This document shows positions 48,180 through 61,823 of a stretch of DNA of 64,000 bases, piece by piece; the first letter of the stretch is position 1; every line of letters begins with the position of its first letter. The DNA lies in contig CM120641.1 in the NCBI GenBank assembly GCA_051362555.1, positions 28,898,401-28,962,400 of the forward strand, read 5' to 3'. Both the position numbers and the translations under genes were made by a program. Under the pieces are notes generated by a model. The model made no database searches and was not told where the DNA came from. It worked only from the letters and a program-made list of their open reading frames with translations. This stretch comes from Lingula anatina. Its lineage: Eukaryota; Animalia; Brachiopoda.

Positions 48180-51100
48180 TCTGTTTTTCATATTCAGTTT
48201 GTTTTTGTCAAGTACTGGTAAGTCACTTGTAACAAAAATTCCAGCTATTGACTTGTTTTTTTAAGACAATCTCCTTACAAATTATCCTTTGCCCTGAGAT
48301 TTAATGCAAGATATCTGTCAAAATTATGAAGATTCACTTTACTCTATTCATAAGTGAGACAAGACGAAACTGCTCAACAACAAAACCTGAGACAACCAAC
48401 CACCGTCAGCCCATGAGAAAAAAATCCTATAATTTATCCCTCGACTGCATGCCTAAATTCACCATCAAACGCCAGAGGTACTCTTTGTTCAGGAACACTT
48501 TGTTCAGGAACGCAATTTCTGCCATCATGCTGCCAGTAGTAATTCAACACTCCTTTCCCTTGCCTGTATCTGTAACACTGTCAGTCCCACAGATTTTAAA
48601 GAGAAAGTCCTCAAATGTCAGTTGACTGCTCAGACATCTCTTCATCCATAGTATCACAAAAGCTGCCAGATTAAAGTTACCATGCAAATATATCCTTTCG
48701 CCAGCAAAACTGCTATGAATGGAACTGCCTCAGCACGAGTAGAAGAAAAAGCTGCCGGCTTATCATATATACATACACTCTACATGCTTGCTTCAAGCAA
48801 CTTCTTTCAAAGCAACTTTTTCAAGTACACGCTTTCCTGCCTCTCTAGCTTATATAAACCCTGAGATAATAGTTTCTTTTCTGGTACAATCACACATTAT
48901 CATCCAATTTTTGTATTCGTCAGAGAAAACTTCACATATCCTAATCCACCAAACTGCCTTTAGTCTTTCCTTGATAAGGTCAGGCACCAGAGGTCCTTAG
49001 CCGCAAACACCAATCTTCTGATGTAAACACACAAATGTTGGTACGGTTTTGCCAACAATGCTCTCCTCACGCAATGTCAACTCATCACTTTCTTAGAGAA
49101 TCGACTTGTTACAAACACACACTGCTCACTGGAGAAAGAGCCCATGCCGCTGTTCTTTATAGTAGGTATATGCTTAGCAGCCCACAGCAACACTATAGGT
49201 CCCAGTTCTGTGTATTAATGAAAATGTGCTTAAACAAGCCTAGAACAGCCTTGTGTGTACAGTTGAATTTGCAAACATGGCATGTGATTGGTTAGGCCAG
49301 CCAGGAGATCCCACAGCACACACGAGGGAATATGTAATATGTGGTACTATGTACACTATCTTTGAGAACCCGATTAATTACTACACTTGGTGATTGTTCC
49401 TCTTTGATTATGGTAATGAATTCTTGAATTAATGAAGTAAGAATTTTCAAATGGCACTGGCATCTTGTCCTTGCTATACTATAGTCAAGATTTCAGATTT
49501 AGCAGCAGTAGCTTTTAGTAAAGGGAGATAAGTTGGGCTACATCCCCCCTCAATTTATTCATTAAGCATATTTTTATTTTTAATTTAACAATGCTTAGAA
49601 ATAAAAAGAAAGGTAACAAATGTAAGATTGCAGCTAATGTTAATATTCTCAATGAATAAGAGAAATTTTCAGAGAGTTGAAAACACAAAAAAGTTATGCA
49701 TAATATAATTAAGAAACCACTGCCACACAATTTCCCCCCTTCCACATTAAATTAGAAATAAAAAACCTGCCAATTGAAACTGAATGAATTTTTAGCTGCC
49801 AAAAAAGAATTGTACAAAACTGTTTGTTAAAAAAGCACTGTCCAGAATGGCTTTGTTTTCAGCAATGAATAATGAGCTCTAGCTGCCAATAAAATAAACA
49901 GCCAACAGATGTGGTAAAAATGTGGAGAGTTCACAAATTATTTGACCCATATGGTCTTCAAAGAAAAAATAACAATAAGTGGTCAGTTTCATATTTCACT
50001 ATATTTTATGGAACTGCCTAAAATGCTGAGATCCCAGAAATACTAGAACTCCAAGTGGGGTGCAAGTGAGAGCAAGAAAATGCAATATATTGAAAGAGGT
50101 GCAATAAGTTATTTTATCACTAAAGCAAAAAAAAACTCAATAATGACATTTCAATATTCTTAAAGGAAAGATACAATGAACAAGAGAAACACTGATATAT
50201 AAAAAATTGACACCCTCCAACCCCCCCCCCCCAAAAAAAAAAAAAAAATCAAAAAACATTTGACACAAATATAAAAGTCATTGGGTCACTGCTGCCTTTG
50301 GTCAGTCTGGGAGTCTACAGCCTGTAGAACAGCGCTGGGCTGGTCGCTGGCCATGCAATCTGGAGAGTTGACCCACAGTCTAATGACTGGTCATAAAGTT
50401 TCTGGCCCTGCACTTCGTGACAGGCATTGAAATTTGTGTGGTGAGAGAAAGCTGTATAGTAACTATGCTGCTTATCAGTCTTGCTGCCTAGTTGTAAGAG
50501 ATGACGAGATTAAAAGCCAGTTCAAAGGTGTAATGAAATTATTTTTCTTTATCAGCAAATGGAGTGTGTGGTATCTGCTGACTTAAATCATGACCAGGGC
50601 TTTAAATCGCTCAACTATACACTGCTGTTGATGCTATAATGGCAGTTTAACAAGCGTTGAATACAAGAAGAAAGGTCATCTTGTTGCTATCAAAGGGCGG
50701 CTCCTTTAATGCTGCTACCTTACACTGTTATCTCTGTTTTGAAGACAAAGTTGGTGACCCTGGAGATCCGTTGACAATAAACTATCAAATACCTATTTGT
50801 CTTTTTTTTTTCATGCAAGCCACATGGTGGTCTTGTTCCAAATACAATTCTATCAAATCTATATATTTTTTTTCAAAAAGCAAAGTGTTAGTTTTAAGGA
50901 CCATTTCTTGTATCTTTTTAAGCAAAAATCCTGCCTTTGTAGTCTAGGCATTCACCTTTACATTTATTCATCATTATGTATTTTAATAATAAAATTCACA
51001 CAATGACAACTTATAATACCACAGATAGACAAAAAGAGAACCATCAACCATCTTTTCAACTTGAAAAATTTATCTTAAAAAGCTCTCTTGACATTAAAGT

Positions 51101-53395
51101 GTGATCAATGTATGGCAGATCTGGCCAATAAAATATAACATCTATTTAATTTATATAACTTCAGAAATCTGCCACATATGTAGTATGAAGTAAAAAATTC
51201 TGCATCCTTTTTTATTTGGTTGATAGCCAAAGCGTAGTTACTGTAGTCCATTTTTGACAAAAAAAACTGCAACATTTTACTCATATTCAGTTGAAAACAT
51301 AGGTGATACATGACAGGTGTTCCAAAAATACACCCAAAGCTACACAAACCTATATCTTATATGCTATACCTTTATATATAAACCTACATATTATATGCTA
51401 TACCTTTATATATATATATATTGCATATTATATCATACCATTAATGATCGTGCTACAATTTACCAGCACCATTAGCCTCTTTCAGATCAATGTTACAGAA
51501 TGCAATAATCAACATTTTTTTTAATGCAAAAAATTGTAAAAGGTTTTCCAATTTAATGCATGAACTAATCATTCAAAGGTTACATCAAACAATCCTGTGT
51601 GTTTGAGCAGGGTTGAAAAGATTAATAGACAAGCTAGTATCATTTACAAAATAATGCAACTTCTGTCTACCCATAAGTTGAACTGAATGATAAGACTTCC
51701 TATAAAATAATAGAACCATGGAAACTGCAGGCCAATTTGGAAATGTCAACGAATTTGATCCTTTTTAATCATGCCCTTGTCATTAGCTAACTCCCATGGA
51801 AAAGGAAACATCCTTGTTTTTCATCATGATGTATGAAAAAAACAGAGAAATATGAACCTACCATTGTATGTTTGGCACAATCACATTTTCTATTATTGTC
51901 ATTGTAACATATTTTGTTGATACAGTGGCAATGAAGGATTTGCTTGGTAGAAAACTTGGATACAATGCAATATAAATTTCCTATTCAAAATGAAATCAGA
52001 TTTTATTCAGGTTGCCAATTTCAAATACATACAACCTTTTATCAGGACACACTAAGCTATGTAGTCTTTAAAAAAAGACGTTTTTTTTTTAAAGAAATGA
52101 GATAAACACCTATCATCAAGATGAAAATGACACTTAATTCACTTCAAAGAGGCAGCTGATGAGGAAGTCTATGAGATATAGACAAGAGTACCAGAGACCA
52201 CACCATCTGTTCATGAGAATTCAGAATGTGATTTAACTTTCATTCTATACCTGTTTAAAACTACAACTAGATGAATCAAAATATCCACTTTGATCTTATA
52301 AATTGAGACATTTCATCTCTAACATAGATTGCATAAACCTCTACCCTGTATCTCTGTTGCATAAACCTCTACCCTGTATCTCTGGTAAAGTAAACTCCCT
52401 TTAAGCAATCCTTATAAAAGTTAGAGTACTGCCAATGTAGTTGTACATTAAGGTACTCTTGTACCAGCAAAATAATTTTGATTTTCACGATAAGATGAGA
52501 TGATAATACACCCCTGGGTAACTTCTAGAGTTGGAAAAGTAAATTTACATGGTAAATAATGAAAAAGAATCAGAATTTGTACCCCTGCAAAGCGCAATGT
52601 GAAGCGCTGACGTTTTCCTTTGTGTCTTCATCTTTTTTTGACAACACTGATATATCTTCCTTTATTTAATTGACCTATCCCAGCTATAAATCCATACAAA
52701 AGCATCTTAAACCCTGTACTACAGTAACTTGCAGTGCTATTATGCCTCTCTGCAATGTTGGCTGTATAAGCATGTCTCCAGAAAATGAAATAAAACCTCC
52801 TTGGGTTTCTTATGACCAAACATTTGCTGTCACTTTACTCCGTGCTAAGTCTTTTTAATCTACGTAACCACCCCTCTAAAATAACATACAGTATTCTTGC
52901 CTGAGTGTTTGACTGTTAGCTCTATGTAACGCTTCTGTTTGCTGATGTCTTATTTCATTAATCAGATCAAATGCCAGATCAATTTTTTTTCCACTAAACA
53001 CAAATCTATTTGCTACAAAGAAACAATGTGGATTCTTTCATCTCTGAATCTGTTGTTTTTCTCCCCCTCAAAGTGACAATGGCATTAGTCACGCCCTAGG
53101 ATTTGTAGCCAAGGAAAAAAAAAACATTAATTCCAACAGTAAAAACTTAGCATACTCCCAGTAGTGAAACTGACTGTTTTCCACAGAATATCATGCTCTG
53201 AGACAACAATATTAATGTAATGTCATTATCTGCACAATATTGTAGGTCTGCCTTGGAGGTAAAGGAGGAAGACGATGTCTAGCCAATGCAAATGCGCTCC
53301 AACAATAGAAAAACTTATCCCAGAATCTTTCAGATCTCTACAGTTAAATAATAAATTCAAAGCAGTTGAAATGCCCTCCAGTGGTAACTTAAACG

Positions 53396-53437
53396 CACGC
53401 ACACACACACACACACACGCACACACACACACACACA
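53396..53437. repeat. (CA)n microsatellite
   Basis: Directly visible. Confidence 0.95.
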
Positions 53438-53814
53438 AAGGTAGTAGATAAAATAATTTGTTTCCATTTTTTGCAGATGTGTCCATGCATGTCCCACCTA
53501 AAGCAGCTGAGAATGACCATGTACCAGATATAAAAAGCTTTAAGCTTTTTTTTTCTGTTGAACAACCCTCCATCATTTATGTTGCCTATTCAAACAGAAC
53601 AAAATTGAATAATTTGCAAAAAAAAAAAAAAAAAAAAAAAAAAAATTCATTAGGATATTACTGAAGAAATAATGTTTTCTTTGAATCTTGACTTTCATTT
53701 TGAATTTCATGGAGCTGGTTTATTTTTTTAAATGTTAATGTCATTAATGATTCACAATGCATGCCAATATAGCACAAAAAGATACAACAGCAATTTCTTT
53801 CAATTCAAACTTAC

Positions 53815-53882
53815 CCTATGATGATCAAACTGTCCTCTAAAACTGCAGAACCTATGGAAGAATTCTTACGTGGTATTGTCAT
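53815..53882 (-). CDS. Candidate alternative first coding exon of the FAM149B1-like gene (MTIPRKNSSIGSAVLEDSLIII)
   Basis: agaATG...ATAGG|gtaagt, a consensus donor in phase 2. Confidence 0.55.
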
Positions 53883-56800
53883 TCTTTCTGCAGCAATAAC
53901 GTCAGAACAAGAAAACACCAGCAAGTAAACCTATATTCCACAGTATTCACTTTCTCCATAACTGGAGATTTTTAAACATCACTGCTCAGTTTTTGTCCAG
54001 GCTCCAAAGTTTTGACTTTGAAAGATGGTAAAATGGGCTGCTTGTCCCTCCTGTTGTAACAACACTGCAAACACACCCCGATAACAAGGGAGAAACTTGC
54101 TCTCAGGAAACAAAAACAATGACCCCTACACGGACTGGGTGTTGAATAACATTATCAGGTAATGGAACTGTCATTTTTCATTTTGTGAACATCCGATTTA
54201 TTTCTTTTTCATCAGTTTTCCACCAAATTTTTGAACAACTCTTTGTGCTTGACTGTGTTCATCCTTGTTTCTAATTGTCAATACATTCTGGACAAAAGAA
54301 GTCTAAATTCCTCCAATGAAATGGTAAATTTACCAAAGCCAAGTCCAGTAATATTTCCTCTCCCCATAAATGACATTTTACCTTTCATCTAGCGTTCTAA
54401 AGCAGCATCTCTTACCAACAGTCCATTTTTAAAATAGTGCCTTTAAATATATGCAAATATTTTTGACTATAATTATGCCCAAAGGTTTCTATTTTGTAGC
54501 TGACAGCAGCTCTAACTGGATGATTCCCAGTGGATAAAAATTCATCCATGCTGCAACTGACTTCTATTGTAGTATCATCATGACTGAAGGACTGTCACAA
54601 AAATAACTCCAAATTATGAATTTTTTCATCATTTCTACACAAGAACAAAAAGATTCTTGTCCTACAGTATTACAATCCTGGGTTTTCTCAGAAACACAGG
54701 AAATGTTTTGCCTTGAGACAATTTTGTAATATATTTACCTCTTGAAGACTTCTATCATCACATTATAACACATGTGCAAGGCAGTTCGCCCCCACACACA
54801 ATACTAAATATAATAAATGAAACAAAAGAAAACTAGCCTATGCACAGTCTCCTTATTTTACTGACTCATCTATATCGACCACAGATAATAAAGACAATTT
54901 GAAAAAAACCCCGAATAATCCTAATTGATCAATGACATAGCAGAAAACTCATGAGACCGAATGCATAATGCATTTGGATTGTCAGTGTTTTTAATAATGC
55001 CTTCTAAATGATGCTGCTTTATCAGTTGCTAGCAGGCAGACCCTGGGGAGTTTCCTGCAAGTGACTATCCCTGGAGAGTACAACGACCTAAACAACACAG
55101 CCAACTTTTCACCACTAAAGTGAGAGGTTTATGTTGATGATCATACTGTATTGCTGAACATCGTTTTCTGTGCCGCTCCTGAATGTCACTTTAAATGTCA
55201 TTTTTTTTGTTTTGTTTTATATTGATAAAATCAATCTTTTTAATAAAAGGAATTCTTATTTCGGATGGCATTAATCACTCTGCTGCTACAGTTTGCTGAA
55301 CATTTGATTTCTTGCAATCGAAAAAAATTCCTCATCTGACCAAACTATAGAAAAACAAGCACAACGATTCCTCCATCATTCTTTATCCAAGTGTCAAGTC
55401 TCCCTTGCATTTTCCTCTTAAAATTTCAAGAAATCCAGCAGTTTCTATCTTACCCACTTGTGGTGATTCTTTAATGCTGTCGATGAACACAGGTCCTTCC
55501 TCTCTGTATCACATACAAAATACAAACAATATATCCAGAAGGAACTATGACAAGGAATCCATGCTATTTTTCATTCTCTACAGACAGCATCTTGGTGTGC
55601 AAGGAACAGCAGAGCACTTGGATATCATTGGTCTAAAATGTAAATTGCTGCTGCATTTTGCCTCAGGTCTCTAAAATTGTTTTTCACTTTAAAGCCAGTG
55701 CTAACAAGCCATCCAATTAGCAGGCTGCATGACAAGAAATTGTCACTGCTTGTACAGCAACACAAATTAAGAGCAGTGGCAATTATTAACCCCCCCCCTA
55801 CGTAGAAGTCAATATGGCAGGCAATCCGTGCTTGCAGCATGCACTACATACATTACATGTTCAAATATTCATTACTTTCATGAACTATCATGAAAGACAA
55901 ACTGTTTTTTTTTTCTTTTTACTGATATATGGACCACGTTTCTGTAACAATTAAGGGCAACTCCTCAGTGCTAAAATGGTGATCACAAATGGACCATTCC
56001 CAGAGCCTATCGTACTAACTTTGGATCGATCTATCTCCAAGGGGATTCTTCCCCAGAATCTCATTCATTTGAGAGACTAATGAAGGACAGTACTCTGAGT
56101 GACTGTCATCATCATCTTCATCATCACCATCATCACCTTGATCATATACAGATGTATATTGTTTTTATGCAAAATTGTCAGAGTTAGTGCAATCTTCTTC
56201 CTAAAATGTCGTATCATTGAGGACATGTGCATTTAAAACAGACAGCACTGCAAAGACACCTTGTAAAAGTCCTTAATTGTATTCTCATGAATCTCTAAAG
56301 TAATGAACTTGCAATAAAGCAATCGGAATATCATTGATTTTGTCATATCTCCATGGCAGTAGGACTTGAAAACTGATATCCTCCTTTAATATGATCTCTA
56401 AGTCCTTCATTTGCTGAGAGGAGTCTGCACGATCTGGAAATGGTGTCTTTTTAAATTGAAATGCCACAAAGCATGAATTTTCTGGATCAGTATATTTTTT
56501 AAAGAGAATATTAACAGCTCAAGATATTAAATAAACACAGCATTTTCAATGTATAATAATCCAGGAAATTGGACAAAGGCAGGTGTCAGTATTATGTATC
56601 CCTGATACTTCAGAGCCATTGTTGTTTCTACATCACGATAAAGAGTGTATTCAAGAGAAAATTTTCACCTGTCACAGCGCTTCATTATAAATACATTGGC
56701 AAGTATAACTTGGAAACTCTCAACAAATACAATGAGCTCAATTCCTCAGTTATCATTCAAGGAACCTGATCATGCAAAAAACATTGTGAGCAATAGTGTC

Positions 56801-58553
56801 CTTGTAAACAGTGTGGTTATATTGACCTTACATACAGAGAGAGAGAAAAAAAAAACATTGAAATATCTGAACCAATATTCCCACAATGATTTTGTAAATT
56901 CCTTTTCCTATGAAAATCACCATGGAAGAAACACACTGGTCTTTCAACTAAGAACAGAGCTGGAACAAAAGCATGGGCTACATCCTGTGTGTTGACATTT
57001 ATATATACTAGGAGGAAATGGGCTGAACCAGGCCAATAATGGTGTCCACATTTTAAAATTATACTTCATCTCATATATACAAGTACAGTGCTAGTATGTG
57101 CTAGGCCAAAAGAGTGCTATCAGAACGTATCATCTATGCATCCTGAGATTTTGGTCACACAATCTCTTTTTTATTTCCAAATGGAATCACACTCTGGGAA
57201 AGTTCAATCAGATGCTGAGATGCCCAGGGCTCAGATTTCAACACAACAGGAAGCTGACTTTCCACTGGCAATATCCTGAGCATTCTTTTTCCATTTGCAA
57301 AATTGTATACTCTATCATTGTTATTAATGTATAAAAGAAACAATGTGATACAGTGCTGTTGGCTCTTGAATTTTATTTTATACTGTAAAGTGGGGAAATC
57401 CTATTGAGAAATTCTGTCTTCTTCTGAATACAACTTATAGTCATATATGACTATGTTATAATAATTTTTAATCATTATTAAATTGAAAATTACCAAGTCT
57501 GGAAAAGAAACACAATAGCAACAACCAAAATAATAATAAAAAAATAAACAGAAAAATGTTGGCTTTCGGTGCTTCAATTTGTATTTCTTCATTAATAACA
57601 CATAAAGAAACATATTGTATACATGCTATTTGTTACAAAGTAATGAACTCTGTCAACAGTGTCAGTAATATCAGTGTGACACTGCTGTTAACTTAGTTTT
57701 ATAGACATCATTAGATGCCACGCTTCCTTTCAAAATGCCATGTCATATTCCTACTCAATAGCTATGGCGTGTAACAATCCACAGACATTACAACAGCATA
57801 TTGCATAAAATGCTTTCATAACAAAGATGGATTGGAAGGAAGTTATACATACTTGGTTCAACATGAGTTTTTATGCAGGCTACAGTATGTTTATCCACAG
57901 TAAGTTTTTGATTGAATGAGCCAGAAAAAAATCATTAATATTCAAAACAGAACAGAAATACCAATGAAATAAATACACTGATATAGAAAGCAATTTACTA
58001 GAAGAACAATATACTGTGTTGTATTTCTTTACAGTTAATAACTTTAACTTTAAAGATATTACAAATTCAGAAAATGAAAGGTATATATTTTGTTTTACTT
58101 TAATAATGCAAAATACTTTGATTTGGGGTGGGGGGGGGGGGGGGGAGAAGTGATCTGAGAGCCCTCTTATAAAAAATTGAAAATCAAAACTAAACATTGT
58201 AGCTGTCTGAAGATAAGAAATGAGAAATAAACCCCCAATGATTTGGTAATCAAGTCTGTTTTCCCGCCAAGCGAATATTGAATCTTTTTATTTTTAGAAA
58301 TAGTTCATGTTACCAAAGAGGCTAGATGTTACACCAAGGAGTTTCTCAAGCAGCCTCGATGACATCTCCTTTGTCTGGCAAGAGTGTCAGCTTTGTTGGA
58401 GACCTTGAGGCAGGTAGTTTGGGGGGGGGGGGGGAGGGGACAAATGAAGGTTTTTCACTCATTGCTTATGGGGATCAACCCTTTGTGTATCAGATTAAAA
58501 ATAGAAATGTGTTGTATTTGTACTTCCCCTTCAAAATGAGATACTGATACTAG

Positions 58554-58721
58554 CAGGGGCGGATTTAGGCCATCTTCTGGGTCTTCCAGAAGACGGTCAG
58601 ATTTTCAAGTTTACATTGACGGGTATCTAATTTTTTCTGTTGGAAGATGGTCAAAATTGGAGGATGAATCAACAAAGATAATTTGGAAGACTGTCAGTAA
58701 ATAGCTCTGAATCCGCCCCTG
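58554..58721 (+). mobile_element. Complete 168-bp MITE with a 6-bp TSD
   Basis: TACTAG-CAGGGGCGGATT...AATCCGCCCCTG-TACTAG. Confidence 0.9.
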
Positions 58722-61577
58722 TACTAGAATGGATTAGAATAAAATATTTTGAGTATTATTGAATGGCAGGTATAAAGAATAGGTTTGTTATGCATATAGA
58801 TTATATATGTCTGGTTTTCAGATATTCTAGAATGTCAACAAATCAGACCAAGCAAAATAATGAAATTTTGTTTAAAATGCTGCAGCAGAAAATTTTGCTT
58901 GGTAATTTAATTATCACTTCTGTGACACGAGAAAGAGAAATCAATTCATTAACATGGCATACATTTCTGACTTATACAATAGTAAAGTGATGCAACCAAC
59001 ATGACAAGTTACTTTATATGGAACAGTGATTTGATATGTGCAGAAAAGATGTAATAAATTTTTTAATCTTTTTATACCTTAAATGCATGGGTAGTACATA
59101 TTAGTCCCCTACCCAAAATGGATATCTTTTCAATGTTCGCTTTCATTTTATTTTTTATGTCAATCACCAGTCTCTAAAATCCAAAATATATCAACATTAT
59201 CTGAATCATCTTCTTCAATATCCCATTCCTTCCTTCTACCTGTTCCTTCCCTGAGATGAATAAAGCATTTAATTCATCCAAGCTTGCCCTGAGAATGTGC
59301 AGCTACTTATCGGGCTGCCGTCACTTATCCCAGATTAACAAATTTAATAGCCATGGTCATTTCCCATTGTGCCTGATTTAATACCAATAATATCAAGATG
59401 ATATAACATCTAGCACTTGTATAATCTTGGAAGTACTTGTTTATCAGATTGCATTATATTTCACTCCTCTAAAACAGATTCCTTCAGGGACTCTTTTATT
59501 TCGCCTTTGTCAAATTCCTGCTAAGTGTACAAATTTAACTCTACTCCAACCTAAACACATTTAAGTTGCCACCCACCCCTTGCCAGGCCCCAACTGCATG
59601 CCCCCCTAAAGTGATCCCCTCATATTCCCTTTGTCTCAGTTTGTCGGGTTGACACAGCTATCCCAAGGATGGAAACCATCAAAACACAAGTCAACAAAAG
59701 AAGCTAATGAACTACAGGAGGCTTTTCAAGTGCACAATTAGCAGCAGTTTAATTAGAATACCCAGAAATAACCATCAATATTTCTAGGGGAAAAAAGAAT
59801 AGAGAGAAAAAAGGCACAATGACCAACATTTATATTGTCATTTACATAACGTTCATGTAAATATCCAAAATAAAATTTTCATGCATGTGCAAACGAAGCT
59901 CCACCTTCAATAATTGCTCCATGGCTAAATGGGTTTGCTCATACTAATCAAAACTCCTTCACGTGGTACTATTCTGATGACACATCAGGTGGCTGATCCT
60001 TCTAGCCACATTATCCCTATTGCCAAACAAAGCAAAAATGTATCTTTGTAATTTTTTTGTTTTGTTTCGGATTATAAAGCACATTTTATGTGTATTCAAA
60101 TCATCATCAAATACAAAAAATCAAAGTAAAGCTATCGTACCTGGGAAATGACTTAGCTGGCGATTATAATCAAAACAATTGCATAACAATAAGCTTTTAT
60201 TCATTGCAACATAAAGTGCTTAATTGGCAAGAAAAATGGATTCTCCATTCCAGGAGAAGAATGTATCAAGAGAAAAGTAACTAGTTTGAACACGTCTTGT
60301 ACATATTGAGACAAATAACTGAAATAAAAGTTGCCAAAGACAGATTTTTACTTTCAGTGGACAAATTTCTTAGAATTCAAAGGTTAGTTTTTACTTTGTT
60401 AAAAATCTGCCTTGCTGAAGGATAAAAACATTACTATGAGAAAAGTGTCATCTTGCAAATTCAAACATAAATTTCTTCTGTATAGGGCCTATATATATAT
60501 ATATTTTTTTTTTTTCTATAATTGCAACATAGTGCATATATCTGTATTGTATAGAATTGCAGATTGCAGTAGGAGAGCATAAAACAGACATATGCTGATT
60601 GTGTTTTTGGTTGAGACAGCATTAGGATGTGCTTTTCCCCATACTGTCTAATTTCTCAAAGCCCATATTTTCATTATAATAAATAACAACCTATCATTTA
60701 TCATAATGTACTTTGAAAATTATTTTCTACTCATATATTTTCATTTGAAGGATAAACACCATTCTAATCAAGATGACACTCCTTTATAATTCCTAGTTGT
60801 TTCGCCTCATTGATAATTATGTCTTTTATCAGACTATTCAAGAAAAAAGGCTGCAAATAGAAGTCATTTAACCTAAGTAAATATAATGAATCCTATGCTG
60901 CTTGATATCTAAGTTACCCCTCCCAAAGATTGAGTCGTGTGCCACCTTTCCCTAGAAACCAGCCTACTTCTAAGATTAAAGTCCTAACACTAAAGAACAC
61001 AAGTGCAGAGCTGGCATTTGACATGAAAAAAAAAGTGATAGACGTGTTTCTTACAACATCACAAGCATGCCTCCATTGGATTCAGTACTGTATACATTGA
61101 TTTAAATAAAAAATTTCATTTGGAGATAACTCTCCTACACTCTCTGGAATGTACAATTGGAATTTGAGCACTGAGCCGATGTGTATTTCATAAAGATGTC
61201 TATTTCTCTATTTACAAAAGATATTATCTTGAAAATAATGCCAGCCTCATCTAGGATAATGTGCAATGTCAAGACTAATCCACAAACGCTTTGGATATGT
61301 TATTTCAAGGTGTTCAGTTTCACACCTTTTTACCTGTCACTGTGGTTTTTAATCTAAAACGTACATAAACTCGTCTACCATGACAGCGTAAAGCAGTTAT
61401 AAAATCATAGCTCAATCCTACTTGTTTATTCAAAGCTAAAGACTGTCAGATATTTTTTTAACACTAAGAGTTTTGTTATATTAAAAAGACATTTAAACAA
61501 AAACAAAAAATCAGTCAGAGAGTAACTGTAAGAGAACGATGTCAAGTTAAGGCTAATGTATATATTATTCCGTATGA

Positions 61578-61823
61578 AACTAGAAAAGCGCTCAGTGAGA
61601 CCCCCACCAACACCACCGCCCAGACATACAAAAAAATAAAAAAAAAATTGGCATTCAGTTAATTAGTGAATGGATCATCACCAAAATCTGAAAACTTTTT
61701 AGTTAGCCCATTTGTGACCTTTTCTAAAAATTTCATCAGAATCCATCCACAACATATTGAGTTGGGCTGGTGACAAACAAATAGACAAATGGAGATAAAA
61801 ACATAACCTCCTTAGCGGAGGTA
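61578..61823 (-). mobile_element. HINE/DINE-1-like non-autonomous Helentron, related to 18915-19153
   Basis: AACTAGAAAAGCGCTC at one end and AAAACATAACCTCCTTAGCGGAGGTA at the other, with a decayed (CAAA)n. Confidence 0.8.

Noticed and set aside
51345-52385. Short tandem duplications (~34 bp at ~51345-51415; 28 bp at ~52329-52385)
   Set aside because: Ordinary slippage duplications in intronic DNA with no sign of function.
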